Assembly: GCA_964016885.1 (NCBI GenBank) | Contig: OZ024747.1 | Coordinates: 40,052,001-40,116,000 of the forward strand | DNA from: Eledone cirrhosa | Taxonomy: Eukaryota | Reading direction: 5' to 3' | DNA: 64,000 bases | Part shown: in pieces, positions 1 to 14,713 of the stretch | Layout of the letters: every line of letters begins with the position of its first letter | Numbering within the stretch: position 1 is the first letter of the stretch | Program-made: the position numbers and the translations under genes | The notes under the pieces: generated by a model | The model's input: only the letters and a program-made list of their open reading frames with translations | The model's database searches: none | Told to the model about the DNA's origin: nothing

Positions 1-22
1 GAAATTCGCTGAACGGTTTAGG

Positions 23-92
23 TTGTATTTTATCTGATGAAAGCGCACCATAATCTACCTTGGTTGCCCTTGAAATATATATAATAAAATAA
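23..92 (+). ncRNA. Minimal type I hammerhead ribozyme (family A, Penelope-type)
   Basis: Stem I tattttat/ataaaata; CTGATGA 34-40; stem II aag-c-gcacca/tggt(t)gc-c-ctt; GAAA 72-75; palindromic stem III tatata; cleavage predicted after TA at 83. Confidence 0.8.
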
Positions 93-371
93 TTATGGTT
101 TTATAAATATAGTTTCCATTTATTAATATATTGTATATTCACTCCACTAATCGGTTGAGTGCTTTATATCCGTTATAAAAATGTTTAAGCTTGTTGAATC
201 CCAACAAATTAAATATAACCTCTGCATATATATATATATAAGTATGTATTAAATTTCGTTTCATTTTTACCATTTATATATATATATATATACCTAAGAC
301 TAGGTATATATATACCTAGACTACCCAAGAAAATTCAACTGATAAGGTATGATTTCCTTGGCTATGTCAAA

Positions 372-472
372 ATTTATAAAACACTCTTTGTATCTTATCT
401 GATGAAAGCGAACCAAACTTTTTTGGTACCCTTGAAATATATATAATAGAATAAATATGGTTTTATAAATAT
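372..472 (+). ncRNA. Hammerhead ribozyme, diverged family A copy
   Basis: CTGATGA 399-405, paired stem II, GAAA 434-437, then tatata TA. Stem I imperfect; distal atttataaaac/gttttataaat extension present. Confidence 0.6.
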
Positions 473-1664
473 AGTATGAGTGTGTGTCTCGGTCTAGGTG
501 TATATATATATACACACACAGATATATACACAGAGAGGGAAAAATAGACCTTTATAACGTAAACATAATATAGACACTAAAGTCCAGAAATCTATGTATG
601 TGTGTATATATATGATAGTATGTGTGTGTGTGTGTGAATCTGCATGTGATTGTATTTCTGTATGTGTGCTTGCGTCTTTGAATATCAATGTAGGTGTTAG
701 AACTAAAAAGACATGAACAAATACGTGTGCAGTCAGTAATGGATATTAAACAGTGTGTGTGACATAAGCGCCTCTCTGTTTCTGTATGTTCGTGTGATTG
801 TGTATGTATATGTCTGTGTGTACGCAAAGTGAAGATATCTGTATGACGATATGCCTCGATGTGTATGACTATGTGTGTATATGTCTGTGTGTGCACAAGT
901 GAAGATATCTGTATAAGGGTAAGCCTCGATGTATGTGTATGACTGCGTATGTGTATGTCTGAGTGTGCACAAGTTAAGATTTCTATATACGTGTGTGAGT
1001 CGGTGTTTGTGATTGTGCGTGTATGTGTGCGTATGTGCGTATGTGTGTGTGATTGTAAGTGAATATGTGTGTGTGTGTATGAATATGTGTATGAATATGT
1101 GTGTGTCCATGTGTGTGTGTGTGAATATGTGAAAGTGTATTTGTAGCTTCATGTGAATGATTGCGTGTCTATGTATATGTGCACTTGAGCGTAGGTATAT
1201 ATGAGTATGTGTGCATTTCTGTGTATATTGTCAGTGCATATGTCTGTGTGAGCGCATATGTGTATATATATATATATATATGTAATTCTTTTTATGTCGT
1301 TGCGTGTGTATATGTCTGTATGCGCACATTTGAGTGTGCCTATATATGTATATTTCTGTGAACGTGATTACGTATGTATATATATATATGTGTGTGTGCT
1401 GGTGTTGTTGTATATGAGTGCGTCGATCAGAAGGTTGTGTGTGTTATGCATGTATGTATCTGTGTGTATATCGGTAAGTTTTACATTTTAAATATAGGGT
1501 AAACTGAGTTAATCAAGAAGTAATCTTTCTCGAAAAACTAATCAGTCGCCCTTGCTTCGATCCATGCTCGAGTAAACTTCGATTAATACCTTGAGCTCAC
1601 TATACTACACTTTTATATGTAAGATATACCAAGGTGACATGAACGGGACGTTTATTATTGTACA

Positions 1665-1856
1665 AGGGGCGTAGATTGGCAGTATCAGTAGAGAGTCGGA
1701 AGCCATGCTTTCTAGCATAGTTACGTCCCTTTACAGTCTGAGTTCAAATCCCGCTGAGGTTAACTTTGCCTTTCATCCTTACGGAGTCGATAAAATAAAG
1801 TACCAGTAATGCACTGGATAATTGCTGGCCTTGTGCCAAAAGTAGAAACAATTATT
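1665..1856 (+). mobile_element. tRNA-derived SINE (family 1)
   Basis: A-box-like tggcagtatcag, B-box gagttcaaatccc, body actttgcctttcatccttacggagtcgataaaataaagtaccag; TSD attattgtac at 1654-1663 and 1851-1860. Confidence 0.9.
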
Positions 1857-1989
1857 GTACTAGCTGATCCCGTGCCGTCTAAAATGGCGGCTAACGGGTA
1901 GATGTGTATTTGTACACACCTTTCAACTAGGGCTGTTTGATATTCTGGATAAATCCAATTTATTGTTAGGGATTTGGCTCCTTCGATAA

Positions 1990-2480
1990 CACCTACACAC
2001 ACATACACTCACACATACACACTCATACACACATACAATCACACACACATACACACACACATACACTCATACACACTCACACACATACACTCACATATAC
2101 ACTCACACACATATACACACACACATACACTCACACACATACACTCACACATATACATACACTCACACACATACACTCACACACATACACTCATACATAC
2201 ACTCACACACATACACTCACACACATACACTCACACACACACACATATAAACACACACACATACACTCACATACATATACTCACACACACATACACTCAC
2301 ACACACATACACGCATACACTCACACTCACACACACATACACTCTCACACACATACACACACACATACACACACACACACATACACATACACTCACACAT
2401 ACACTCACACACATATACTCACACATACACTCACACACTCACACACACACACACACACACTCACATATACATATATATAT
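1990..2480. repeat. Degenerate (CA)n/CACATA microsatellite
   Basis: Direct inspection. Confidence 0.9.
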
Positions 2481-2589
2481 ATAATCTAGAATTGTTAGTC
2501 AGCAAAGTAAGAACATTGTGAATAAGCTCCCTAGTTTTCATTTCAAATCAGTCGTCAAGAATGATCTTTTTATATTTTTCACGACCACC

Positions 2590-2780
2590 AGTGGATTGGC
2601 AGTATCGGTAGAGGGTCGGACGCCATGCTTTGCAGCATCGAGATACGGCCCTTTATGATCTGAGTTCAAATCCCGCCGAGGTTAACTTTGCCTTTCATCC
2701 TTACGGGGTCGATAAAATAAAGTACCAGTAATGCATTGGGATAATTGCTGGCCTTGTGCCAAAAGTAGAAACAATTATTA
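2590..2780 (+). mobile_element. tRNA-derived SINE (family 1)
   Basis: Same consensus as 1665-1856, ATT tail. Confidence 0.9.
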
Positions 2781-4169
2781 TAGAGCAGTAGATACTATAG
2801 AGGAGTATATGATATATAAATGTAAATGAGAGCAATATGCCATGTTTCTGGCTGTCCTTGTCAAGATGCATTCCTGGCTGGCATCGATGTGATCTGTTAT
2901 AGCAGACGATTCATGGTGAGAACGAAATGAAAAACTTTACTGATGGTTGCATCCAAGTAAAGTTGCAAAAGGATGTATCACTTTATGATTGTATTTCCAT
3001 ATGTCACATTCACAGTTATATTAATACCATTAGAAATAAAAAAAAGAAGTTATACAATGATGGAAACATGAAAAAAGATAGATAAAACAAAATTAGATAA
3101 TGAAAAAAGAATGGGTTTATAAGATCAGATCTTGCTGTATGGGAAATTAGACGAGAAGACTATAAATGCCATAAATAAGAGGAAAATGAGGGGAAAAGTG
3201 AAGACTTTTGTATCACGGAAAAGGGAGGGGAAAGGGGAGAGGGTGTTGGGCTCTGTGCCTAGGGTGTAGTGGTGCGAAAGCTTCGTTCAGTCTCGTAGGT
3301 CATAAGGAGTGGCTAAAAATGGATTTACATTATACTAAGAAATGTGACACATTGACCAAACGAATAATGATTTGCGACTTGTTCAAGGTAAATATGGGTG
3401 CCTACTGTGGTTGTCTGTTGTGTTGTTGAGTCAGACAATTAACACTACATTCTTAATGTTATAGAGTTGTCGGGAGATATAGTCTTTCCTGTGTGGGAAA
3501 GTTACCAGGGACATATAAGCTTCCTATTCACTTAAATATATATCTTGCCCGTTGTTGTGCATTAGCTTGTGTATTAGATTGGGCAAACGAAAGGAGAGCA
3601 CAACACCGGCAGTTTGGAACTTTATCATTGCGATCTTTGAAGAAAAATGTAGCTTGGGTGTTGGATATACAAAGTATATCCTTATAGTTACGTATATACT
3701 TATAGTTACTTAGCCCCATCTCTTTACTCACTTTCTATAAAGGAGAAAAAAGGCTACTACAACGATTTCACATATGCGTGTGTCAGACACACAAAAAAAA
3801 AACAGTTAAGGAAAACACATCAATCGTTTGTTTTTGCTTTGAACTGAATAAAAGGAGAGCAATAGCCCTGAAATATCATGTTGAAATGTTTGGGTAAATA
3901 AACATTAGTTTGTGTTTGTTTTATTTGTTATCCTTTGTTCTTTATATATTCTACCACATTGACCGGCTTTTTGAAACTTATCAGTCATTTAGAAAAAAAT
4001 ATACTTAACGTGGGCGAAATAAATATCATTATGGGTGTGGCAATACAGAGAGAAAAATCTAGAACTATTTCTTCAATTCGACTTCATTCTATCGAACGGT
4101 ACGTTCATCTTTAACACCATACCTCATCCTCTCCTTCTCTTATTCGTCATCTTACTTGTCTTCCTCCCC

Positions 4170-4229
4170 CCTCCTCCTCCTCCTCCTCCTACTACTACTA
4201 CTACTACTACTACTACTATTACTACTAAA

Positions 4230-4283
<54 letters not shown>

Positions 4284-4310
4284 GCTGCTACTACTACTAC
4301 TACTACTACA

Positions 4311-4396
<86 letters not shown>
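4170..4396. repeat. (CCT)n-(ACT)n trinucleotide microsatellite
   Basis: Direct inspection. Confidence 0.95.
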
Positions 4397-4398
<2 letters not shown>

Positions 4399-4717
4399 AA
4401 TTACCAACCACCTCGTTTCCTTTTCTGCATCATCTACTTCCTTTTACTTCAGCTTTCCTTCATAGACTTCTCCCCGCCCCTCCTCCTCCTCCTCCTGCTC
4501 TCACTTGCTACTTTCACACTGAGATTAACCAGAATTGTGTTCCTCTACCATTTCTCACTGTGTTTGCAGCTGACAATTTAAAACTTGTTCAAACACTCCC
4601 CCTACGACCGTCCTATATGGAGCCACTTACACCATACATATTGTCCTCCTCCGATACACCTCATCTATGTTATATAATTATATATAGATAACTACACCAC
4701 ACACACATACACACACA

Positions 4718-4761
<44 letters not shown>

Positions 4762-4917
4762 TGCGTGTGTGTGTGTGTATGTGTGTACGTGTGTGCACGT
4801 GTGTATATATGTGTGAGACGATTTTAATTTATAGCAGTCTGCAAAGTATTATATATGTTTTTCAATATATATTAATATATGTATATATATATATGTGTGT
4901 GTGTGTGTGTATATGTT

Positions 4918-4948
<31 letters not shown>

Positions 4949-5517
4949 ACATATATGTATATGGAGGGTGTAAGTGGAAACGGGACAGTAGAAAAGTACA
5001 AATAAATCAATAGACACACTCATAAAGTGAGAGATGATTGTGCAAACAAAGACACATATTCTTTATCTACTTCATGGTTTCCATTATACAGTTTATGTAG
5101 TCAGTCACGTTCTAATGTCGAGAGTTGGAAAAAAGATCGTGGAATAATATAGATGACGCAATTTTTTATCCTTCTCAAGATTGACTACATAAACTATATT
5201 TCTGTTTCCCCTTTCCCTTCTATTTTCACGCCTATATTTACACACACACACACACACAAACAAACTCACACACACGTACACACACACACACACACACACT
5301 GGCTGGGTATTAAAGAATTCGTTGTAACGAAAAATTCTTTATAACGAGATCGAACTGACACATCAAGTGTGGGCTTGAATAAAAATTCGATATACTGAAA
5401 GATTAGTTATATTGGAATTAGTTATAACGGAATTTTACCTGTATATATATATATATTAAGTTAGACATGGCCTGGGCCAATACTGGCCGAAACCTATCAA
5501 AGTTATCAAATTTGAAG

Positions 5518-5559
<42 letters not shown>

Positions 5560-6128
5560 ATAAACGCTAATGAGCGAGAAACAGGACTGTCGATCACTCT
5601 CTTTTGCTTTTGCCGAAAATAAGTAAGTGATATAGTCACTACTTTAAAACTAAGGGCGGTGTTTTTAGTGTCTGAAAATAAAGCAAAAAATAAGTAAATT
5701 AGTGTATGGGGCGCCCTTCTCCGGCCTTAGAATAATTGATAACTAGATTTCTCTATGAGGAGCTGAATTTGTAATAAATTATACATGCTTAGCTTTTTAG
5801 CAAAGTGTTAGTTAAATCAAACTAACAATAACTTAAATACACTCTGCTACCCTCTTTGACTTATGCTGAAAATTATATTTTCTCTCGTTTCTTTCTTTCT
5901 GTTTGACTGAAAGTTACGCACAATACCGTTTCTACAGATTAGAAATAGTTGTTTAGGATAAAATCTCTCTTAATGGTGTGCGTCCGCGCCTGACAGGCTT
6001 CACACTTTCAGGTCAGTTCGTCTACTAACCCTTCCCCCTTGTATTTCGGCCTGTCTTTTTTGCTTTGCTTACATTCCCATATATGGACTGTACCCCTTGG
6101 TAAGTTCAGCTAGATTCCCGCCGTTCTA

Positions 6129-6320
6129 ATAATTGTTTCTACTTTTGGTACAAGGCCAGCAATTATACCAGTACGTTACTGGTACTTTATTTTATCGACC
6201 CCGTAAGGATGAGAGGCAAAGTTAACCTCAACGGGATTTGAACTCAGACTGTAAAGGGCCGTAACTATGCTGCAAAGCATGGTGTCCGACTCTCTACCGA
6301 TACAGCCAATCCACCGCCCT
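6129..6320 (-). mobile_element. Full-length SINE (family 1) with 16-bp TSD
   Basis: TSD ccgccgttctaataat at 6118-6133 and 6321-6336. Confidence 0.92.
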
Positions 6321-6349
6321 CCGCCGTTCTAATAATAGTGGCTTATTTA

Positions 6350-6402
6350 GGATCTAGCTGTCGAATCGGCCGGGGCTCAGCCGTCGGGGTCCTGAATCCT
6401 TT
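6350..6402 (+). mobile_element. Family D fold-back element fragment next to (TA)n
   Basis: ggatctagctgtcgaatcggccggggctcagccgtcggggtcctga matches 10130-10187 and 62788-62838; inverted remnant cagctagat at 6107-6115. Confidence 0.7.
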
Positions 6403-6413
6403 CATATATATAC

Positions 6414-6487
<74 letters not shown>

Positions 6488-6683
6488 CTGTTCAAACTTG
6501 CATGGGCTTTACCAGGAAATTCTATCCATTGAGAGCCATTTAACTATACAGCTATAAATAAAAATGTATATACTCTACGTTACTCTTTGTAAAACATGTG
6601 TGTATGTGTGTATGTGTGTCTGTGTGTGTGTATGTGTGTGATTGTGTTTGTGTTATGAGCATGTGAACAGAATAGCGAACATG

Positions 6684-6757
<74 letters not shown>

Positions 6758-7179
6758 GCAAAAAGACAGATAAAGAGAAATAGGGACGGACAGACAGATA
6801 AACAGATAGATGATGGGATAACTGAAGAAAAGAAATAATGAATAATACTTTATTAGAACTAGCTTGTCTTACATATCACATCAGAAGTGACTGGAAGCAA
6901 AACTGTATTATTTTCTCCTTTCAATTAAATATCAATTAAATTAATAATTAAATCAGCAATGATTACATTAAATCATTTAAATCTAAATTTATTGAGAAGA
7001 AGAATTAGAACAATTAGAAAAAAGAACACTTACAAGAATACAAGTTTTAAGATGTACGACAACAACATTAACCAGATAACAGGAATAATAAGAACTGCAT
7101 AGCATTTAAGAGGAGCTACAAAAGATAGATGATGGACAAAAACTACATCAACAATAGAAACGTCATTGCAGCAACAGAC

Positions 7180-7257
7180 AAGAAGAAGAAGAAGAAGAAG
7201 AAGAAGAAGAAGAAGAAGAAGAAGAAGAAGAAGAAGAAGAAGAAGAAGAAGAAGAAG
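7180..7257. repeat. (GAA)n microsatellite
   Basis: Direct inspection. Confidence 0.95.
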
Positions 7258-8176
7258 CTTCAAGAGCAACTGCAGCAATATCAGCATAAATAACACCAAA
7301 TACAGATACAGCAACTTTAAAAAGAATTATAGCAATAATATCAGCACTAACAAAACGGGAACAGCAACAACAACAAAAAGAACGGAAACAACAAAACCAG
7401 CAGCAACAACAACAATAAAAACAACAACAGAAGCAATCACAAAATCAGCAACAACAACTACAGCAGCTGCAGCAAGCGCACAGACACATTAGCAACAACA
7501 ATAAGAATGGCAATGCTGTGTGTATGTTTGATATGAATCAAATTTTAATTGATCGAAATTATATTGGCCGTGGGCTGTGAAGAAATTCGACTTTATATTG
7601 ACCTATAGATGCTATAAATGTTTAGATAATTTCAAAGCTAGAATTAAAGATCCAATTAAAATGTGATAAACTGAAATATAATTATTAAATAATCGTTTAG
7701 ATTATAGCTGCTAAAGAGATGATATTTACATCGCAATTGTAAAAATGTTAAAGACAAATAAAGAAAATGAAATAGAAACGAAAAGTTAGAAGGAGAAAAA
7801 ATAAAAAATAAATATAGGAAATGTAAATGAAAGGAATGTGTTTAGCTATAGAGAACAATCACATCTCTTGTATAATCCATTTAGTTTTAACATTTTTCCA
7901 TATTTCAGAATAGACACACACACACATATATATATAGGGGGGGGGGGGCAAAAGGCAAACAACACAAGTATCAAAGAAAACGACACAGTACATTGAAGAA
8001 AAAAGTTTAAAAAATCAAAGAAACGATTGAAAGATAGAGGAGAATGGGCAGTGGCAGAAACGAAAACAGATTTCTTTGTATATATATATATACAAATGGA
8101 AGGTTAGTAAAATGGAAGTTATGACAGTGGCCAAGCTAACGAGATACAATTAGGTTTGCACAAAGCTCTCGATAAG

Positions 8177-8215
<39 letters not shown>

Positions 8216-8435
8216 CAAGAGTAACCAATCTTAAAGAGAGAGATGGAGATAGGAGAGGAGAAGAGAGATTGGTGAATTAGTGAGGCAGATCTCACATAAT
8301 GCAGCCTCGATAGAAGAATATTGCTCGCCTATGGCAGACAATAGATATACCCAGGTCACCATAGTGAAATACCAATATATGGAACATTGCATTAATGTAA
8401 CATTCTTTCTTTATTTTAATTTATATTCCTTTTGA

Positions 8436-8556
8436 AGTTCCGATGAGCTGCTCCAATACTACCTAAGTTAATTATCTTCAAATGAACCAGATCAATAATG
8501 ATCTATAATCATTTGATCCAGAAATATTATATGGAGTAGCGAATCAATTGTAAACG
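8436..8556 (+). ncRNA. Decayed hammerhead ribozyme with long loop II
   Basis: gtt-CCGATGA(8440)-gctgctcca...tggagtagc-GAAT(8541)-caattg-TA-aac: 9-bp stem II, palindromic stem III, two core deviations. Confidence 0.5.
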
Positions 8557-8685
8557 GACATTATTAATATTATTATTATTATTATTATTCTCTACATTCC
8601 TTACATTAAACTAAAACTATGTTGACAATCTTTTAATAATGCCTTCCTTGTGAAATTTGTGGTCTTGTTTTTGCTTAACTAATGA

Positions 8686-8733
<48 letters not shown>

Positions 8734-8757
8734 AGGTATATATATATATATATATGT

Positions 8758-8796
<39 letters not shown>

Positions 8797-8798
8797 GG

Positions 8799-8868
<70 letters not shown>

Positions 8869-8888
8869 GGTATATTATATATATATGT

Positions 8889-8929
<41 letters not shown>

Positions 8930-9122
8930 AAAACAGGGAGAAGGAGACGATTATTAGGAAGAAAAATATTTTTTTTTCCTATTTTGTTTCACGCTCTCTT
9001 TTTTCTGGGTTAGAAAATGATTAAAACGAAATGTTTTACTTTGTGTGAAGTGTTAAGGTATTAGTTGATTTATTTATTATTTAACAATGGCATTTATTTA
9101 TCTATTTATCTATTTAATAATT

Positions 9123-9166
9123 GTCTATTACCGGTTTCAACATTTTTATGCATTATCAAATGATAG
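9123..9166 (-). ncRNA. Candidate hammerhead ribozyme with U3-A8 core variant
   Basis: Minus strand reads ctatcat-TTGATAA-tgcat aaaa atgtt-GAAA-ccgg-TA-atag; palindromic stem III ACCGGT; stem I weak. Confidence 0.4.
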
Positions 9167-9511
9167 GGAAATGTATTAGTGTGGTGTCACACATGTTAAA
9201 GAGAAGGTGCAGAAAGAATAATGTTATTTACAAACAAGATTTATGAAGTGAAAAGAAAAAAGAAAAAGTAAAAAAAACATGCATAATGTAAACCATAAAA
9301 AGTCAATGTGGAAGAAAGAATAATGTTATTTACAGGCATAGTTATTGAAGTTAAGCAGATCAAAATGTGTTAATATAGCAAGAGTGCTTAGCTGATCCAT
9401 GATTCCATGATGGAGGAAAATGGTGGACTGAGGTTTGATATGATTTCCCTTTTTAGAGAGTTAATATGCAGGGAGAAGCAATTCTTGCTGGATGATATTT
9501 AATTTATGATA

Positions 9512-9664
<153 letters not shown>

Positions 9665-9680
9665 GTATATATATATATAC

Positions 9681-9745
9681 CTTCAGAAGATCCCGTTAAG
9701 GGTGAAAGCACCGATTCTTTGCTTAAACTTCAATCTGTTATTTTA

Positions 9746-9752
<7 letters not shown>
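9681..9752 (+). mobile_element. Family C element fragment in (TA)n
   Basis: Matches 40442-40512. Confidence 0.7.
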
Positions 9753-9782
<30 letters not shown>

Positions 9783-9817
9783 TATATATATAATATATAT
9801 ATATATGTATATATATA

Positions 9818-10017
9818 TAACAAAGAGGATGTGGTAAGATACCAGGTGGACCATAACGCACCCGAGTACTCAATACTTAGGGTAGTAGAGTGGGTAACAG
9901 GAAAAGAGTCAGGACCCCGACGGCTGAGCTCCGGCCCTTTCGACAGCTAGATCCGAACATATTCTCACAGTCTCCTTTTTTCCATACACACATACACAAA
10001 CCCACACACACATATAC

Positions 10018-10093
<76 letters not shown>

Positions 10094-10187
10094 GGCAAAC
10101 AACATAAGTATCGAAGCATAACGGCACTAGTTCGTATCTAGCTGTCGAAACGGCCGGAGCTCAGCCGTCGGGGTCCTGACTCTTTTC
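9818..10187. mobile_element. Family D fold-back element (inverted arms about 9900-9958 / 10130-10187) between (TA)n tracts
   Basis: Arms are reverse-complementary; homologous to 62595-62838, 39240-39322 and 43270-43295; right arm holds a hammerhead 3' half GAAA-cggc..gccg-TC. Confidence 0.75.
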
Positions 10188-10724
10188 ATATATATATATA
10201 TATACATGTGTGTGTGTAAGTTTGGAAATGAGACTGTAGAAACCCCAGAAAATAACTGTAATAGCAGGCTATCATTAGACAATATATATATAGATAACTG
10301 GGGAATGGATGGGTTAATGGTTAATCCAACAATATACGTCAGCATTCTGATGTATATTTTTTAGTATTCTCTGATTTCTCATTTTATCTTCTATTCCTTC
10401 TTCCATTTTCGTTATATCTCAAGCACTGTTATTTCAAATAGAAGTCTGTGACTTTCCTTCAAACAATTTTCAGAATGTTTTATCCCTGTTCTTAAGATAT
10501 AAAACTCTTTTTTTGTATTATTCATATTTATCTAAATATGTTGTATCGTAATTGTTTGTTATGCACCAGAATATTAAAAATCATAGTATATTTCATAAGA
10601 AATAGTAACTAAACTTCTAATTTCAAGAAAAAGCTGCACCTAAAAATAACATCTCCAACAAAAATAAATGAAGCAATTGATGCTATCATGAAGAGATTAA
10701 GTTAGAGGATTTATTGGGAGGTCA

Positions 10725-11043
10725 AACATTCCCACTCTTCCACATACTCCTTACAGCCAAGATCTAGCTCTGAGTGATTTTAAACTCTTCCTTAAGTTGA
10801 AATCGCAGCTGAAGAGTCATCATTTTGGGACTGTGAAAAACATACAAAAACTCCTAGCCGACGGGCTAAAGACACTCACAGAAAACGACTTCCGGTAGTG
10901 CTACGATCAATGGGAAAAACCTTAGAACCACAGTGAAACATCCCAACGACCGTATTCTGTAAGAAATAACTTGGAATTTTATGTGCGCCTAATATACATT
11001 TAAATAAAACATAAGAACCCTTACTTTTACGACAAACCTCGTA
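10725..11043 (+). mobile_element. Mariner transposase C-terminal remnant plus right TIR
   Basis: Frame from 10728 reads IPTLPHTPYSQDLALSDFKLFLKLKSQLKSHHFGTV..DFR*CYDQW (YSPDLAPSD motif, with stops); ends ttacttttacgacaaacctcgTA, a mariner-type TIR terminus. Confidence 0.85.
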
Positions 11044-12309
11044 GGTCTTCCCGCTATGGAAAGTGTGACGAATAAATACGAGGAGTATTAAGTTAATGGT
11101 GACGGCGGGGAGGATGTAATCTCACTGAATATGAAGAATGAGTTACAATAAAGAAAATGGGTCATCATTGTGTGTTGAACGATGGCGTCATCTGTTAAGA
11201 TATGTTTGACAATAGTCATGACAATTAGGACAAAGACAGGCATATGGAAGGGGAAGGAAGTATATAAACCGATGAAAGATAACGTCTGTGAGACAATTCT
11301 GCAAAAAGAGAGAAAAGTTTGGAAAATGAGAGATAAATAGTTGAAGAGATTCCAAAAAGAAAGAGAAAGTGAATAGGGCTATTGCGAAGAAAGGGGTTAT
11401 TATTATTATTCGAATATAATCTAAAGTGACCTTAGTGCATGAAGCATCAGTAGAAACAATTTCCAAAGAAACGAAGACGGCAAGCAAAACAGAACCAGAG
11501 TGAGGAAGAGGAAGGAAAATAAAGAAAATGACATAATATGAGATGGATTGTCAGATACAAACAATTTTTAAAATGTATTAAAATTTCTAATAAAAGTGTG
11601 GGAGATATAGTGAGCTACTAAAAGATTAGTGGTTCTTCCAAACAGATATTCTTGTTTTCCATGACATAATTGAAAACAGTGAACGCTTAATGTCAAAGTA
11701 AGAATGAGATGGGATGAGAGAATGGAAGTGGACGAGAGACAGAGAGAGTGAACAAAAGAAAGAGAAAGAGACAGAAGGGAAAAGGATGAAGGAAAAGTTT
11801 AAGTGGGGAGATCATAAATGTGCAATTAAAGAAGGAATATAACATGAGTTACATCATAATATAATTCAGAGACTTTTACAATGAAGAGTTGTAACAAACT
11901 TCCCTCTATTATTCGGAAACATTACACACTTCATAGCTATCAGTTAACTGTATTATATTTCACGAGAGAAAATTTCACCATACATTTTTGTATGAGGAAG
12001 TAATTTTCTATCTGCCTCTCTAATTTTGTCTCTCTGTCGTTCCCAAGTAAGTGGAACAAGATACTGTTGTTTCACTTACCTAGAAATCTGGGAGTTTTGC
12101 AAATGTAGACAGAAGATAATGAAATATATGTTCTTCGAAAAACAATTATTACTACTATTTCCATCCTTAGTTTTATTTCTATTCCGTGCGGTCACAGCAA
12201 TACCAAGAAACGATCTGTGTGTTTTGGGAATGTGCAGTGTTGTTTCTATTGTATTGAGAGTAATTTTCGTAAAATATATGAAGTGTCTATTAGTGCTACT
12301 TTCTATAGC

Positions 12310-12505
12310 GGGAACGGACAGGTAGTGTTTATCTGCCTGGTTGCCATGGCGAAAAAGATCATGTGTTGGACGTCTTTGTAAAGGTTGAAAACAAGCACCA
12401 CCCTCTTCGGCGAAGCCCTGATTAACTTTTTCAAGTTTGACTTGAAGAGAAAAATAAGGGTGGAGAGGGAAGTGCTAACTTCCAACCAGTTTGTTGAAAG
12501 GTGGG
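12310..12505 (+). mobile_element. Degenerate fragment of the Tx1/L1 LINE also seen at 25.7-26.7 kb
   Basis: Encodes LFGEALINFFKFDLKRKIRVEREVLTSNQFVERW, near-identical to the C-terminus of ORF 25932..26399. Confidence 0.85.
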
Positions 12506-14331
12506 TGCTAGTATTTTGCCGAAATGAGAAACCAATATCATTGCGCAACTTACACATTTTGAACACTCTCTACTTATACAATATTTGTGGTCTATTTTGT
12601 CCATTTAAAATGTGTGTTTTTCGTTAATGTGCTCTGATTTGTAGCAAAACTGGTCAGAGGCGTGGTGTATTGGCCAGTACATGTCTTTCGCCATTCTTGG
12701 AGGAGATATCAGTCATTCGATTTCGATAAATACCCAGAAATATTGATTTTAATAGTGTCGTTTGTTGGTTTTATAAATGAACCATGCACGATGGAAAAGA
12801 GAAAGTTAAAAAGGAAACAAAAGAGGCCTAGCTTCCATTCAGTAGAGCAATAGAGAAGATAAATACATGTGATATATCCTCTCACTCCAACAATTTGTAT
12901 CAGCAGAGACGACATTCTGACTGAGAGAAATTTTTTCTGAATTTTTCTTTCTGTTTATTGTGGAATTCCGTTTTAATTTAGTATTTTTTTTTTTTTTTTT
13001 CAAATATTTTCCTTTAGCTACTTTTTTTTCCTTCTGTGCACTTCGTTTCCAGTTTGTATTGTTTCCTTATATAAAGAGTAAGATTTTTTTTATGTGTCCT
13101 TATTACACTAATCAGTTTCTTGTGACTTACGTTTATTACTTTCCTCTAAGTTTTTCTTTCAAGTTAAATTGTTATTATTTGTAAGAGTTTCTATTTGTAT
13201 GAGAACTTTCTCGCTTTATATAGGTCTATTATACTTATGTCGTTGGTTTTGGAGTGCTTTTAGTAATTTCGTAGTGTCTCGTTTGTATGTTTTCTTTCTG
13301 CCTAGCTCTTCAATTTTCATGACTTCCAGTATTATTTTCGAACTGCAGTTTATAACATAGGTGGTAGGCCTGTTTACTCTGAGTTTATTAGTTCTCGCTC
13401 TGAATTTAGCTTTAAATATTAGGTTGAAGTCCAGATGGGGTCGATTAACAGATTTGGTAGAGCGTCGAATAAAATGCCATGGCGAGCATTTATCGGTCCC
13501 ATTACGTTCCGAGTTCAAATCCCGCCGAGACCAACTTTGTCTTTCAGATTGCTGGAGTCGATAAATAATGAGCTTCTTGTTATCAACCTTGCTCTTTTCC
13601 CAAAGAATTTTCTGGCTTTTTGCCCGAATTAGAAATCACTATGAGACTTAAATCTGGTTTCCCTCGATAATACAGCTGTTATCATGGATAGAATTTCTGA
13701 CAGGATTGTGTTATATTTATTTATTCTTTCGTAGAGCTGTTTGTTACTGTAGCTCTGTTAATCAATGCTGTGTTCTCTTTCATTTTTATATTATTTCTGG
13801 TAACTCAGGCTACTCTATTGTGGCGAGTGGTTTTACTATATATGTTGTAAGGAATGGAGGCGAGAGTACTTTTCATTGTAGCTGCGTATTTGGTACAGCG
13901 GTTATTTGATTTATCATTTTTTTAAAATTTCATTTAGGTTTACTGTAATGTAATATATATATACAGTTATTTATTACACTAACAGAACGGACTTGTCGGG
14001 GTCACGTGTTTTCATTGATCTTGAAGTTTTGAAGATTAATGAAACACGAGTATCCGGTAAACCGGATTGGTTAGTGCAATGACTAATTTCAGATAATATA
14101 AACATTGAGTAAGAAGTTTGTTTTTTTTAAATTCATGTATTGTTTAAATAAAATACCCAGATTTTAGTGTCTGATTTATGTTTCTTAAACGTCTCTTCCT
14201 CTTTCTAGCATGTCGTGACACCGACAGTGAATCCATTCTTGACCCACAGTTTGTATTCTTATTGTAGTTGTCAATAATCATATTAATGGTATTAATTTAG
14301 CTGAAATGTTGATATTATCATTTCTCTGACA

Positions 14332-14713
14332 GTGGATTGGCAGTATCGGTAGAGAGTCGGACGCCACGCATAGAGTTACGGCCCTTGCCATTCTGAGTTC
14401 AAATCCCGCCGAGGTTAACTTTGCCTTTCATCCTTACGGGGTCGATAAAATAAAGTTCCAGTAATGTACTGGTGAATTGCTGGCCTTGTGCCAAGAGTAG
14501 AAACAATTATTATTTCTCTGACAGTGGATTGGCAGTATCGGTAGAGGGTCGGACGCCATGCTTTTCAGCAAAGAGTTACGGCCCTTTATGGTCTGAGTTC
14601 CAATCCCGCTGAGGTTAACTTTGCCTTTCATCCTTACGGGGTCGATAAAATAAAGTACCAGTAATACACTGGAATAATTGCTGGCCTTTTGCCAAAAGTA
14701 GAAACAATTATTA
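14332..14713 (+). mobile_element. Tandem pair of family 1 SINEs (14332-14512, 14524-14713)
   Basis: Two diverged copies; an 18-bp target sequence occurs three times (14314, 14506, 14707). Confidence 0.9.

Noticed and set aside
1665-1770. tRNA genes at SINE heads
   Set aside because: A and B boxes are present, but they are followed by SINE body and tail with TSDs, and no proper cloverleaf is evident.
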